Positions 40,258 through 49,236 of a DNA stretch of 64,000 nt are shown here, in pieces. Made by a program: the position numbers and the translations under genes. The notes below the pieces were generated by a model. The model searched no databases and was not told the DNA's origin. It was given only the letters and a program-made list of their open reading frames with translations. The stretch lies in the NCBI GenBank assembly GCA_963668625.2, contig CAXXKA010000010.1, forward strand, positions 64,001 to 128,000. The letters are read 5' to 3'. The stretch's first letter is position 1; the number at the start of each line of letters is the position of its first letter. The stretch comes from an uncultured candidate division Zixibacteria bacterium. Its GTDB lineage: Bacteria; Zixibacteria; MSB-5A5; UBA10806; 4484-95.

Positions 40258-40292
40258 TTGCCTAATTTCCCAAAGCTTACTATATTATATGT
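40258..40292 (+). promoter_or_regulatory. Sigma70-type promoter; probably leaderless transcript
   Basis: TTGCCT-17-TATATT, with 6 nt between the -10 and ATG 40293; no Shine-Dalgarno. Confidence 0.4.
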
Positions 40293-41075
40293 ATGACCGA
40301 TAAAAAGGAATCAATACGCGATGATACCGCGAATAGTGAATTCGGTAGCGACTCTGATAGTAAACAGGGGGTTGATCGTAGAATTCAGGCATACCAACAG
40401 AAGTTTCGCCGATTGGCCTCGGAATTATCATTAGCTGAGGCGCGTGAACGTCGGGAGATAGCTTCTGATTTGCATGACCATGTAGGGCAGGCATTGGCTT
40501 TTGTATCGCAAAAAATCAGTACGCTTCAGGGTAATTCGATTTTCTCCGGTATGGAAGATGATTTCAGCAAGATTCTCGAGATTCTGGATCAAACGATTCG
40601 CTATACCAGAAATCTCACAATCGAGATAAGCCCGCCCGTGTTATATGATTTGGGTTTATACCCGGCAATCGAATGGCTGGCCGAGAAATCAACTCAAAAA
40701 TATGAAATCCAAATAGAAGTATCCCAATCGGGAAAATCATCTTCAGTAGATGAATCAATCAAGGTATTTATTTTTAAAACTATTAAAGAGCTGATAAGCA
40801 ACACCTCTAAACATGCCGGCGCGAAACTGGTCGACATAAAGGTAAACTGGGGCAAAGACATGTTCGATGTTGAAGTGTTCGATGACGGTCGGGGTTTTGA
40901 TACCTCGCAATTCGAAAGCGGTTTGTACGAGGGATCTTGTTTCGGGCTGTTCAATATCCGAGAGAGGCTTTCCTATATAGGAGGGACTTTCAAACTTATC
41001 TCCTCTCCCGGAAACGGAACCAGGGTCTCGATCAGTTCACCGTATAAAACATCAGATGAGGCCGATAGTGATTAA
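40293..41075 (+). CDS. Soluble HisKA_3 (NarX/UhpB-type) histidine kinase with no sensor domain
   Basis: ERREIASDLHD H-box, ELISNTSKHA N-box, DDGRGF, FGLFNIRER, PGNGT; no transmembrane or PAS region. Confidence 0.88.
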   Translation: MTDKKESIRDDTANSEFGSDSDSKQGVDRRIQAYQQKFRRLASELSLAEARERREIASDLHDHVGQALAFVSQKISTLQGNSIFSGMEDDFSKILEILDQTIRYTRNLTIEISPPVLYDLGLYPAIEWLAEKSTQKYEIQIEVSQSGKSSSVDESIKVFIFKTIKELISNTSKHAGAKLVDIKVNWGKDMFDVEVFDDGRGFDTSQFESGLYEGSCFGLFNIRERLSYIGGTFKLISSPGNGTRVSISSPYKTSDEADSD

Positions 41076-41715
41076 GGTATTACTCGCTGATGACCATATG
41101 CTGCTGATAGAAGGTCTGCGCCCGCTTCTGGATAAACATCAAAATATAGAGGTGATAGGTGTTGCCCGAGATGGTGTCGAGGCCGTGGAACTTGCCCATA
41201 AAACCAAACCGGATATCATCCTTCTGGACATTTCCATGCCCCGATTGAATGGTATCGATGCCGCCAGAAAGATACTTCGCGATTTAACGGATACGAAAAT
41301 TATCATACTCTCCATGCATGCCGATCGCCGCTACATCCAGGAGGCGATCAGAGCGGGGGCCTGTGGTTACATATTAAAAGAATCGGCGGTTAAAGAGGTT
41401 ATCAGGGCAATAGAGACCGTTCAAAAAGGCGAGTTGTTTTTCAGCCATTCGGTTAAAGATCAGGTACTGCAGGAGTATGTGGAACTGGTAAGAGAGAAGG
41501 AAAGCCTTTCCGAATCGCCGCTGAGTCCCCGGGAGCGAGAGGTTTTACAGCTTCTAGCCGAGGGAAAATCAACGAAAGATGCCGCCGGAATCCTGAATGT
41601 CAGCATTAAAACCGTAGAGAGCCATCGCAAACAGGTGATGGATAAGCTCGGTTTACACAGTATCGCCGAATTGACCAAGTACGCTATCCGCGAGGGACTT
41701 ACGCAAATCGATTAG
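41068..41715 (+). CDS. NarL/LuxR family response regulator
   Basis: LADDH, LLDISMP, LSPREREVL, KTVESHR; GTG start overlaps the kinase stop. Confidence 0.92.
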   Translation: MIKVLLADDHMLLIEGLRPLLDKHQNIEVIGVARDGVEAVELAHKTKPDIILLDISMPRLNGIDAARKILRDLTDTKIIILSMHADRRYIQEAIRAGACGYILKESAVKEVIRAIETVQKGELFFSHSVKDQVLQEYVELVREKESLSESPLSPREREVLQLLAEGKSTKDAAGILNVSIKTVESHRKQVMDKLGLHSIAELTKYAIREGLTQID

Positions 41716-41864
41716 TCGTAATCTACCAAATCCCTTATCGAATTGTACTCTATATGAGAAATCCTTAAGGGAATCATTCCGAAATAATCAGGTAAAGTCT
41801 TATTTTCTTATTTTTAACATTTGGCAATATTAATTTCAGATGAATATTAATTAGGAGGATCAAA

Positions 41865-43070
41865 ATGTTTGACACTGGCAACACCGGCTTTATGCTGGTC
41901 GCAACCAGCCTGGTTATGCTTATGACACCGGGGCTGGCTTTCTTCTATGGCGGCCTCGTGGGGCGTAAAAACGTGCTATCGATCATGATTCAGAGTTTCG
42001 TCTCGATGGGCGTTACTACTATCCTGTGGTATGCCGTAGGCTTCTCGCTCTGTTTCAGCGGAGGCGAGGGAGGTATCATCGGTAATCTCGATATGGCTTT
42101 CTTGAATGGCGTCGATGCCACGACGGCTTTCGGGGACGGCCAGATACCGATGTTCGTTTTCTTCGCTTACCAGATGATGTTCGCTATTATCACTCCCGCC
42201 CTGATTACCGGAGCTTTCTCCAATCGTGTGCGGTTCCCCGCTTACCTGGTATTCCTGGTGGCCTGGCTTCTGCTCGTCTACTTCCCCTTCGTACATATGA
42301 TCTGGGGCGGCGGAATTCTGGCCGAATGGGGTGTGCTTGATTTTGCGGGTGGTATAGCGGTACACAACATTGCCGGTATGGCGGCATTAGCCTCGGTACT
42401 GTTCGTTGGCCGTAGAAGAGTTGCGGATAAAGGCCCACATAGTATTCCCCTGGTTGCGTTGGGTACCGGTTTGCTCTGGTTCGGTTGGTATGGTTTTAAC
42501 GCCGGCAGTGAGCTTCAGGTTGACTCGATCACTGCCCTGGCATTCGTCAACACCGATGTTGCCGCATCATTTGCTGCGATTTCCTGGTTGTTTTTGGAAT
42601 GGACACTGGCCAAGAAGCCGAAAATCGTTGGTTTGTTGACCGGCGCTGTCGCCGGCCTGGCTACGATTACCCCGGCTGCCGCTTATGTCTCGACAAGCTC
42701 CGCCGCAATTATCGGTTTGTGTGCCGGTATAATTTGTTATGGCGCGGTTAGCTTGAAAAACAAGCTCCAGTGGGATGATGCTCTCGATGTCTGGGGCGTT
42801 CACGGAGTCGGCGGTGCGCTGGGTATTATCATGCTTGGCCTGCTGGGCAGTACGGCCGTTAACTCGGCTGGCGCCGATGGCCTATTATTCGGCGGCGTTG
42901 ATTTCTTCTTTAAAGAGCTGGTTGGCATCGTGGTGTCATCCATTTATGCCTTCGTCTTTACATATGCGATGCTCTGGATTATCAATAAGATTACTACCGT
43001 TAAAACGACGGAGGGTGAGGAAACCACTCTTGACGAGTCGTTACACGGCGAAAACGCTTATATCAATTAA
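41865..43070 (+). CDS. amt: Ammonium transporter
   Basis: PGLAFFYGG, YQMMFA, DFAGG.AVH, WFGWYGFN, DDALDV.GVH (twin His intact); AGGAGG RBS. Confidence 0.95.
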   Translation: MFDTGNTGFMLVATSLVMLMTPGLAFFYGGLVGRKNVLSIMIQSFVSMGVTTILWYAVGFSLCFSGGEGGIIGNLDMAFLNGVDATTAFGDGQIPMFVFFAYQMMFAIITPALITGAFSNRVRFPAYLVFLVAWLLLVYFPFVHMIWGGGILAEWGVLDFAGGIAVHNIAGMAALASVLFVGRRRVADKGPHSIPLVALGTGLLWFGWYGFNAGSELQVDSITALAFVNTDVAASFAAISWLFLEWTLAKKPKIVGLLTGAVAGLATITPAAAYVSTSSAAIIGLCAGIICYGAVSLKNKLQWDDALDVWGVHGVGGALGIIMLGLLGSTAVNSAGADGLLFGGVDFFFKELVGIVVSSIYAFVFTYAMLWIINKITTVKTTEGEETTLDESLHGENAYIN

Positions 43071-43094
43071 CGAATAATTGTGGAGTGCTAAACC

Positions 43095-43847
43095 ATGCTA
43101 AATAAAAAATCAATGATAATTTTTCTGACTGCGATATTGGTTGGCAGTTTTACGGTCGGCGTGATGGCAGGCGAGTTATCTGTCAACACCGGTGTCGATA
43201 TGTACAACAGGTATGTCTGGCGCGGCCTCGATATCGCTAACACACCCTCAGTACAGCCGTGTTTGTCCGTCAGCAGTAGCTGCGGATTCGAGCTTGGCGC
43301 CTGGGGAGCTTACACGCTTTCCAACGAGGCCTCCGATAGCGATGAGATCGATTTCTACTTGAGCTATACCCGCGAATTGAATAGCGGCGTGGCTTTCTCT
43401 TTTTTAGCCACCGACTACTACTTCCCCAATGCCGGTATCGATTTCTTTAATTTCAATAACCATGATGACACAGCCGATAATGGCGATCCCGATCCGGGCG
43501 CACACACTATCGAACTGGGTTTATCGATCAGCGGCCCAGAGGCGTTCCCGATGACGTTCTCGGCCTTTTTCAATGTTTACAATGATGCCGGTAATAACGC
43601 TTATTTCCAGCTTGATTATCCCGCGAATGTCGGCGAGACCGCTCTTGATGTGTTCTGTGGTTTTACAGCCGGCAGCGAGGATAATCCCGGTTATTACGGC
43701 ACCGATGAATTCGATTTAATTAACGTGGGCGTCTCCGCCGATAGAGATATCACCGTGACAGATCAATTTTCCCTGCCACTATCTGTTGCTTTAATAGTTA
43801 ACCCTAACGCTGAGATCTCATATCTACTGGCCGGAGTAAGCTTCTAG
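43095..43847 (+). CDS. TorF-like putative porin
   Basis: Signal peptide, YVWRG, EIDFY, DYYFP, C-terminal Phe; 24 bp after amt. Confidence 0.7.
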   Translation: MLNKKSMIIFLTAILVGSFTVGVMAGELSVNTGVDMYNRYVWRGLDIANTPSVQPCLSVSSSCGFELGAWGAYTLSNEASDSDEIDFYLSYTRELNSGVAFSFLATDYYFPNAGIDFFNFNNHDDTADNGDPDPGAHTIELGLSISGPEAFPMTFSAFFNVYNDAGNNAYFQLDYPANVGETALDVFCGFTAGSEDNPGYYGTDEFDLINVGVSADRDITVTDQFSLPLSVALIVNPNAEISYLLAGVSF

Positions 43848-43886
43848 TTGTTTACTTAGTGGAGCGTAAAGCTCGATTTGCCCCCT

Positions 43887-43916
43887 CGGTCGCGAGTTCT
43901 ACTCGCGGCCGTTTTT
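43887..43916 (+). terminator. Intrinsic terminator
   Basis: CGGTCGCGAG-ttcta-CTCGCGGCCG followed by TTTTT. Confidence 0.75.
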
Positions 43917-44151
43917 ATTGATATTAAAACCACCGGTTATTATGCAGTATGTCGTCAGGAAAGAAATGTCAACGTTTCGCAACGGGGAGGAAAGGCCGAG
44001 CAGTAGTTAACTCATCATATGGACTGCTATGTTTTACTTTATCGTAATCCTAATAAAAATGAACTAAACCGCGGAAATTACTTTATTTAGTGCCTACTAA
44101 TGAATTACATCATTAACGATTAATTCAATCCACTTTAATTTGAAACCAAAT

Positions 44152-44190
44152 ATCACTCAATATTCACTAATCCTTAATGAAACCTTAACA
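44152..44190 (+). promoter_or_regulatory. Pho-box-like direct repeats
   Basis: ATCACT, TTCACT, TTAATG and TTAACA at 44152, 44163, 44174 and 44185 (exact 11-bp period). Confidence 0.45.
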
Positions 44191-44341
44191 CTTTTAGGAT
44201 TTTGTTATGGAAATGTTCGAGGGCGTTCTCGGCTGATCGTTTAAGGCGGCCGGGATATGTTATTTAATGATAAAAAGTAGTTCCAATGGAGGTAAGTTGG
44301 TGAGTAAGAAAGTCGACAATAAACAATTAACAGGAGTTTCG

Positions 44342-47209
44342 ATGAGTCTTATGAGTAGAGCCCTGTTTGCCATTTTAATGACAGTATTGTTTTTGTTCAT
44401 ACAAGGTGTAGCTAACGCGGATGAGATATCCTCCGGCTCTATCACCGGCCAACTCGTTGATTCTCAAACCGGTGAACCTCTAATAGGCGCTACGATTTTA
44501 ATAGAGACCACCAAGATGGGGGCAGCCTCCGATATAAACGGCAAATTTACGATATCCAATGTTCCTGCCGGTACATACGATTTATTGATTCGCTATATCG
44601 GTTACTCGGCTGTCACCGTGCAGAAAGCCGAGGTCAAGCCCGGTCTGGCCGTTGAGCTCGACATGGCTTTAACTCCCGATGCCATTCAGGGGCAGGATGT
44701 CATAGTTGAGGCCAGGGCCGTACGAAACAACGATGCCTCCTTATTGAAGAATCGCCAGAAATCACAGTCAATCAGTGATGCTATAAGCGCCGAGTCTATC
44801 TCGCGTACCGGTAGTGGAGACGCGGCCGACGCTATCAAGAAGATTACCGGAGCCTCTGTAGTAGGCGGAAAATACATTTATATCAGGGGACTTGGTGACA
44901 GATATTCTAACGCCCAGTTGAACGGTACTGACTTACCCAGCGCTGATCCCGATAAAAAGGCTTTCCAGATGGATCTTTTGCCCTCGGATTTTCTGGAAAA
45001 TATCATCGTCTCCAAATCATTTACCCCGGAAAAACCCGGGGACTTTTCCGGCGGATCGGTCAATATCAACACCAAGTCCTTTCCTGAAACTTTCACTCTG
45101 AAGGTCTCATCCTCTACCGGCTATAACTCACGGGGCAACTTGAATGATGAGTTCTTGACTTACAATGGCGGCGGTTCCGATTGGGTTGGTATGGACGACG
45201 GTTCCAGGGCTATCCCCGATGATCTGAATTCAGGTGATATACCCCATATAAGTTTTGCTTTCAATGATCCCGAGCTTGCCAATCAGTTGGATAAATTAAC
45301 CAAATCATTTAATTCTAACATGGCGCCGGTTAAAAAAGCCAAACCGCTCAATCAAAGCTATTCGATTGCCACGGGCAATAAAGTCGATTTCCTCGGTAAA
45401 GAACTTGGTTTTCTGGCCAGTTTAAGCTATTCGAATAAATATTCATTATACGAAAACGGCGAGGTCGGCAAGTATCGTCTCTCCGGCAGCACTAACCAAA
45501 CCTACTCGCTTACCAACGACTACAAGTTGACTGATACCAAAGGCTCGAGCGAGGTGTTATGGGGTGGACTAATGACGGCCTCTTGCAAACTCAATAACGA
45601 AAACGAACTCGGATTCAATTTCATCCACACCCAGAGCGGCGAGTCTGCTACGCGCTACCTTACCGGTCAGTTCTTTGATGGCAACCTTCCGCAGAATGCC
45701 ATATATCAAACCCGTGTACTTCAATACACCGAAAGATCATTGAACTCCACCCAGCTAAGCGGTAAGCATTACCTCGGATTATTCAGCGGTATGAATGTTA
45801 AATGGAGCGGTACTTACTCCGCCAACGAGCAGGATGAGCCGGACGTAAGATATTTCTCGAATCACTATATCGTAACAGAATCGGATACGTTCTATACCAT
45901 TCGGCCTTCCATGTATCAGGTGCCGCAGAGGCATTTCCGCAACATGCAGGAGGACAGCTACAATTTCGATACAAAAGCCTCGATCCCGTATATACAGTGG
46001 TCGGGTCTTTCCGGGAAATTCGATTTCGGCGCTTATTTTTCCCATAAAGACAGAAGTTTCCGTCAGAGAGTATTCGAAATTCAAAATCAGGATGTAAATG
46101 CTTATAACGGCGATGCCAACGAGTATTTCTCTGATAGCAACTCCGGTATAATCGATAGCACCGGTGGGTTTTACACTTTCGGTAATTATGTCGTGGAGAA
46201 CTCCGAGCTCAGGGCTAACTATGATGGCGATCTGGATGTCATAGCCGGTTTCGCTATGATCGATATGCCTCTGATGGTTGATCTACGTTTCATCGGCGGT
46301 CTTCGTGTGGAAAAAACCGACATGGAAGTACAAACCTGGGATAATTCATACGATCCCGGAATTCTCGATGATATGGATCTGCTGCCCTCGGCGGGATTAG
46401 TCTATCAGCTTTCGGAAAACATGAATCTGAGAACGTCATATGGTAGAACCCTGGCCAGGCCTACTTTCAGAGAACTTGCTCCGTTTCCATCCTACGACTA
46501 CGCCAACGGCAACCAGGTAATCGGCAATCCTAACCTCGAACGCACCCTGATCGATAATGTCGATTTTCGCTGGGAATGGTTCGACCGTCCGGGGGAGATT
46601 ATCGCCGCCAGCGTATTCGGTAAACAGTTCCGGAATCCTATCGAGAGAACTATCATTAACGATAACGGCGAAATCCAGTACACCAACGTGGATGAAGCGA
46701 GGGTATACGGCGTGGAATTCGAGATGAGGAAAAAGCTGGATGTAATTCATACGATGCTGTCGAATTTCCAACTCGGTGCTAACCTGTCTTTGATCAGGTC
46801 CGAGGTTGATATACCCGAGGAAGAGATGAATCAGATCAGTACCTATGATGAGAACGCGGATGACACCCGTCCGCTGCAGGGACAGTCGCCGTATCTACTT
46901 AATATCGATTTATCTTATAATAATCATGATACCAGGACGGTTGCCGGACTCAGTTTCAATGTTTTCGGTGAACGGATATCCGAGGTCAGTAAAGGCGGTA
47001 CCCCGGATGTTTACGAGCAACCTCAACCGAGTTTGAATCTCCTCTTCAGCCAGAATTTGATCGGAGGTCTGGGATTCAAATTCTCGGCAAAGAACATATT
47101 CGACTCCTCGGTGAAAAAAGTTCATCATTTTAAAGGTAATGATTTCATCAAAGAGGAATATAAATATGGCCGCTCGTTCTCGTTCGGTTTGAGTTACAAT
47201 ATTTCATAA
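44342..47209 (+). CDS. TonB-dependent receptor with N-terminal carboxypeptidase-regulatory-like domain
   Basis: CAGGAG RBS; GEPLIGA, YIRGLGDRYS plug motif, ARPTFRELAP, GNPNL, NIFD, C-terminal aromatic strand. Confidence 0.9.
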   Translation: MSLMSRALFAILMTVLFLFIQGVANADEISSGSITGQLVDSQTGEPLIGATILIETTKMGAASDINGKFTISNVPAGTYDLLIRYIGYSAVTVQKAEVKPGLAVELDMALTPDAIQGQDVIVEARAVRNNDASLLKNRQKSQSISDAISAESISRTGSGDAADAIKKITGASVVGGKYIYIRGLGDRYSNAQLNGTDLPSADPDKKAFQMDLLPSDFLENIIVSKSFTPEKPGDFSGGSVNINTKSFPETFTLKVSSSTGYNSRGNLNDEFLTYNGGGSDWVGMDDGSRAIPDDLNSGDIPHISFAFNDPELANQLDKLTKSFNSNMAPVKKAKPLNQSYSIATGNKVDFLGKELGFLASLSYSNKYSLYENGEVGKYRLSGSTNQTYSLTNDYKLTDTKGSSEVLWGGLMTASCKLNNENELGFNFIHTQSGESATRYLTGQFFDGNLPQNAIYQTRVLQYTERSLNSTQLSGKHYLGLFSGMNVKWSGTYSANEQDEPDVRYFSNHYIVTESDTFYTIRPSMYQVPQRHFRNMQEDSYNFDTKASIPYIQWSGLSGKFDFGAYFSHKDRSFRQRVFEIQNQDVNAYNGDANEYFSDSNSGIIDSTGGFYTFGNYVVENSELRANYDGDLDVIAGFAMIDMPLMVDLRFIGGLRVEKTDMEVQTWDNSYDPGILDDMDLLPSAGLVYQLSENMNLRTSYGRTLARPTFRELAPFPSYDYANGNQVIGNPNLERTLIDNVDFRWEWFDRPGEIIAASVFGKQFRNPIERTIINDNGEIQYTNVDEARVYGVEFEMRKKLDVIHTMLSNFQLGANLSLIRSEVDIPEEEMNQISTYDENADDTRPLQGQSPYLLNIDLSYNNHDTRTVAGLSFNVFGERISEVSKGGTPDVYEQPQPSLNLLFSQNLIGGLGFKFSAKNIFDSSVKKVHHFKGNDFIKEEYKYGRSFSFGLSYNIS

Positions 47210-47220
47210 TTAACAGATGT

Positions 47221-47474
47221 CACTACTGTCCGGCCTTTCCATCTCGTTGCGAAGCGCTGCTTCGCAATGTGGCTTTTTTGCCTGTAGAATGCGCACTCTA
47301 CATGACTCAAGAAGGTTTCCAGGCAGCGCTTGGAAACCAGGAAACTAAGCCTAACATCGGCAGGACATATCAGGATGCATAATACGCTGAATATAATAAT
47401 TATATCGGGAAAATTCTTTCACTAACAATTCCAAGGAGAATTTAATAGACACTGAAAAACACCGGACACTAATG
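47221..47474 (+). mobile_element. MITE copy 2 with 9-bp target-site duplication AACAGATGT
   Basis: Ends CACTACTGTCCGG / CCGGACACTAATG; AACAGATGT at 47212-47220 and 47475-47483. Confidence 0.88.
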
Positions 47475-47626
47475 AACAGATGTATAATTTAAAACAAACC
47501 CAAGCTTAACAAAACTTGAATAAAGGATATCTATCCTTAACGTGAAGTTTGGCTTTGTTAGAAGTAAGTGAAATAATACTAATGCAGGAAAAATTAAACC
47601 CAAATGAAAATCGATGTGGAGGAAAG

Positions 47627-49036
47627 ATGCATCATAAATCTCGAAAAATGTTGAAAATACTAGGATTGCTTTTCGCCGTAGTGATGATCGCTATGATAAG
47701 CGGTTGTAGTGATGATGACGAATCATCAACCGGCCCCGATGACAACGATTCATCGTACGTATATATATTCGATGATACCATCGAGCCGGGCGACAGCGTT
47801 CATCTGATTGCCGGCGAAAACTATCTCGCCAGCGGTTTCGTGTTCGTAGATAGCGGAGCTATCCTTTCAATGGATCCAGGTACGGTCGTGAAATTCAGAC
47901 CCGGCCAGGGTGTAAACGCCAGCGCGCTTATCGTTGCTCGCTATGGTAAAATCTACGCCAACGGCACCGCCGACAACCCGATCATCCTCACCGCCCAGGC
48001 TGATGACGTTGACGATCCCGGCGATCTGCCTTTGACCGCTAAAGGTCTGTGGGGCGGCCTCATCATTCTCGGTGATGCTCCCAATAACAACACTGATGGT
48101 ATTGGCCAGGTAGAGGGTATCCCCTCCGATGAGGAGCGCGGAGCTTTCGGTGGCGATAACTCTGCCAGCAATTCAGGTGTAGTTCGCTATGTATCGATCC
48201 GTCACGGTGGATCGGAAATCGGCGCCGGTAACGAGATCAACGGCCTTACCTTAGGTTCGGTCGGTAGCGGTACTACTATCGAGTATATCGAAGTATTCTC
48301 CAACCTCGATGACGGCGTAGAATTCTTCGGCGGCACCGTAAATACCAAGCATATCGCCGTTGCTTTCTGCGGTGACGATTGCTACGATTATGACGAAGGT
48401 TTCAATGGTAAGGGTCAGTTCTGGTTCGCTATCCAGATGGCTACCGATGGTAACCGTGGTGGCGAGCATGACGGCGCTACCGGTAACGAGCAGGCTACCC
48501 CTTATGCAATTCCGGTTATCTCCAACGCCACTTATATCGGTTCAGGCACAGGCGCATCCAATGCCGATAACGACTACGCGATCATCATGCGCGACAACGC
48601 CGGCGGCCAATACTACAACAGTATCTTCTACGATTTCGTAGGCGGTGGCCTCACCGTTGAGGATATGCCTTCTTCGACGCACCCTGAGGACAGCCGTGGC
48701 AGACTTGAAGACGGCGACATGATTTTTGAAAACAACGTATGGTACAGCTTCGGCGCCGGCAATACCGCCGAGGGGATCTGGGACCAGGATTTCGTAAGAA
48801 CTTATATGACCGATCCCAATAACGACAATGATATTGTCGATCCGGTTTTCGGCGGTGTAAGCCGTTCCGGCGGTGGCCTCGATCCGAGACCCTCAGCTGC
48901 GGAAGCAACCTCAGGAGCTGATATCCCGGGTGACTCATTCTTCGACCAGGTTTCGTATAAAGGCGCGTTCGATCCCTCGGGCACGCTCTGGCTCAGCAGT
49001 TGGACAGCTCTTTCCGAGTACGGTTTCGTTCAGTAA
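47627..49036 (+). CDS. Beta-helix lipoprotein resembling Caulobacter ElpS (TBDR-associated)
   Basis: GGAGG RBS, lipobox ISGC, WGGLIILG, NSGVVRYVSI, NEINGLTLGSVGSGT, DDGVEFFGG, YKGAF. Confidence 0.7.
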   Translation: MHHKSRKMLKILGLLFAVVMIAMISGCSDDDESSTGPDDNDSSYVYIFDDTIEPGDSVHLIAGENYLASGFVFVDSGAILSMDPGTVVKFRPGQGVNASALIVARYGKIYANGTADNPIILTAQADDVDDPGDLPLTAKGLWGGLIILGDAPNNNTDGIGQVEGIPSDEERGAFGGDNSASNSGVVRYVSIRHGGSEIGAGNEINGLTLGSVGSGTTIEYIEVFSNLDDGVEFFGGTVNTKHIAVAFCGDDCYDYDEGFNGKGQFWFAIQMATDGNRGGEHDGATGNEQATPYAIPVISNATYIGSGTGASNADNDYAIIMRDNAGGQYYNSIFYDFVGGGLTVEDMPSSTHPEDSRGRLEDGDMIFENNVWYSFGAGNTAEGIWDQDFVRTYMTDPNNDNDIVDPVFGGVSRSGGGLDPRPSAAEATSGADIPGDSFFDQVSYKGAFDPSGTLWLSSWTALSEYGFVQ

Positions 49037-49058
49037 ACAAGTCTTTTCCTTGATAGAT

Positions 49059-49093
49059 AAAGCGTGGAGGATAAGTTCCCTTCACGCTTTTTT
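49059..49093 (+). terminator. Intrinsic terminator
   Basis: AAAGCGTGGAGG...CCTTCACGCTTT followed by a T-tract. Confidence 0.7.
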
Positions 49094-49236
49094 ATTGTAA
49101 TAGGGGGGAGCGAAAAGGTCGACATCGAGCCAATGATGAGCAAGCGTACGTCAGGAGGGAAGTTATGATATTCCGGTGCGAATACGCGCCCATTTTCCCG
49201 CTTGCAGTTAGAGGAGTATTAAATTAAACTTCCTAT

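Noticed and set aside
41821-41840. Possible sigma54 promoter before amt (TTGGCAAT...)
   Set aside because: No GC at the -12 position with the required spacing.
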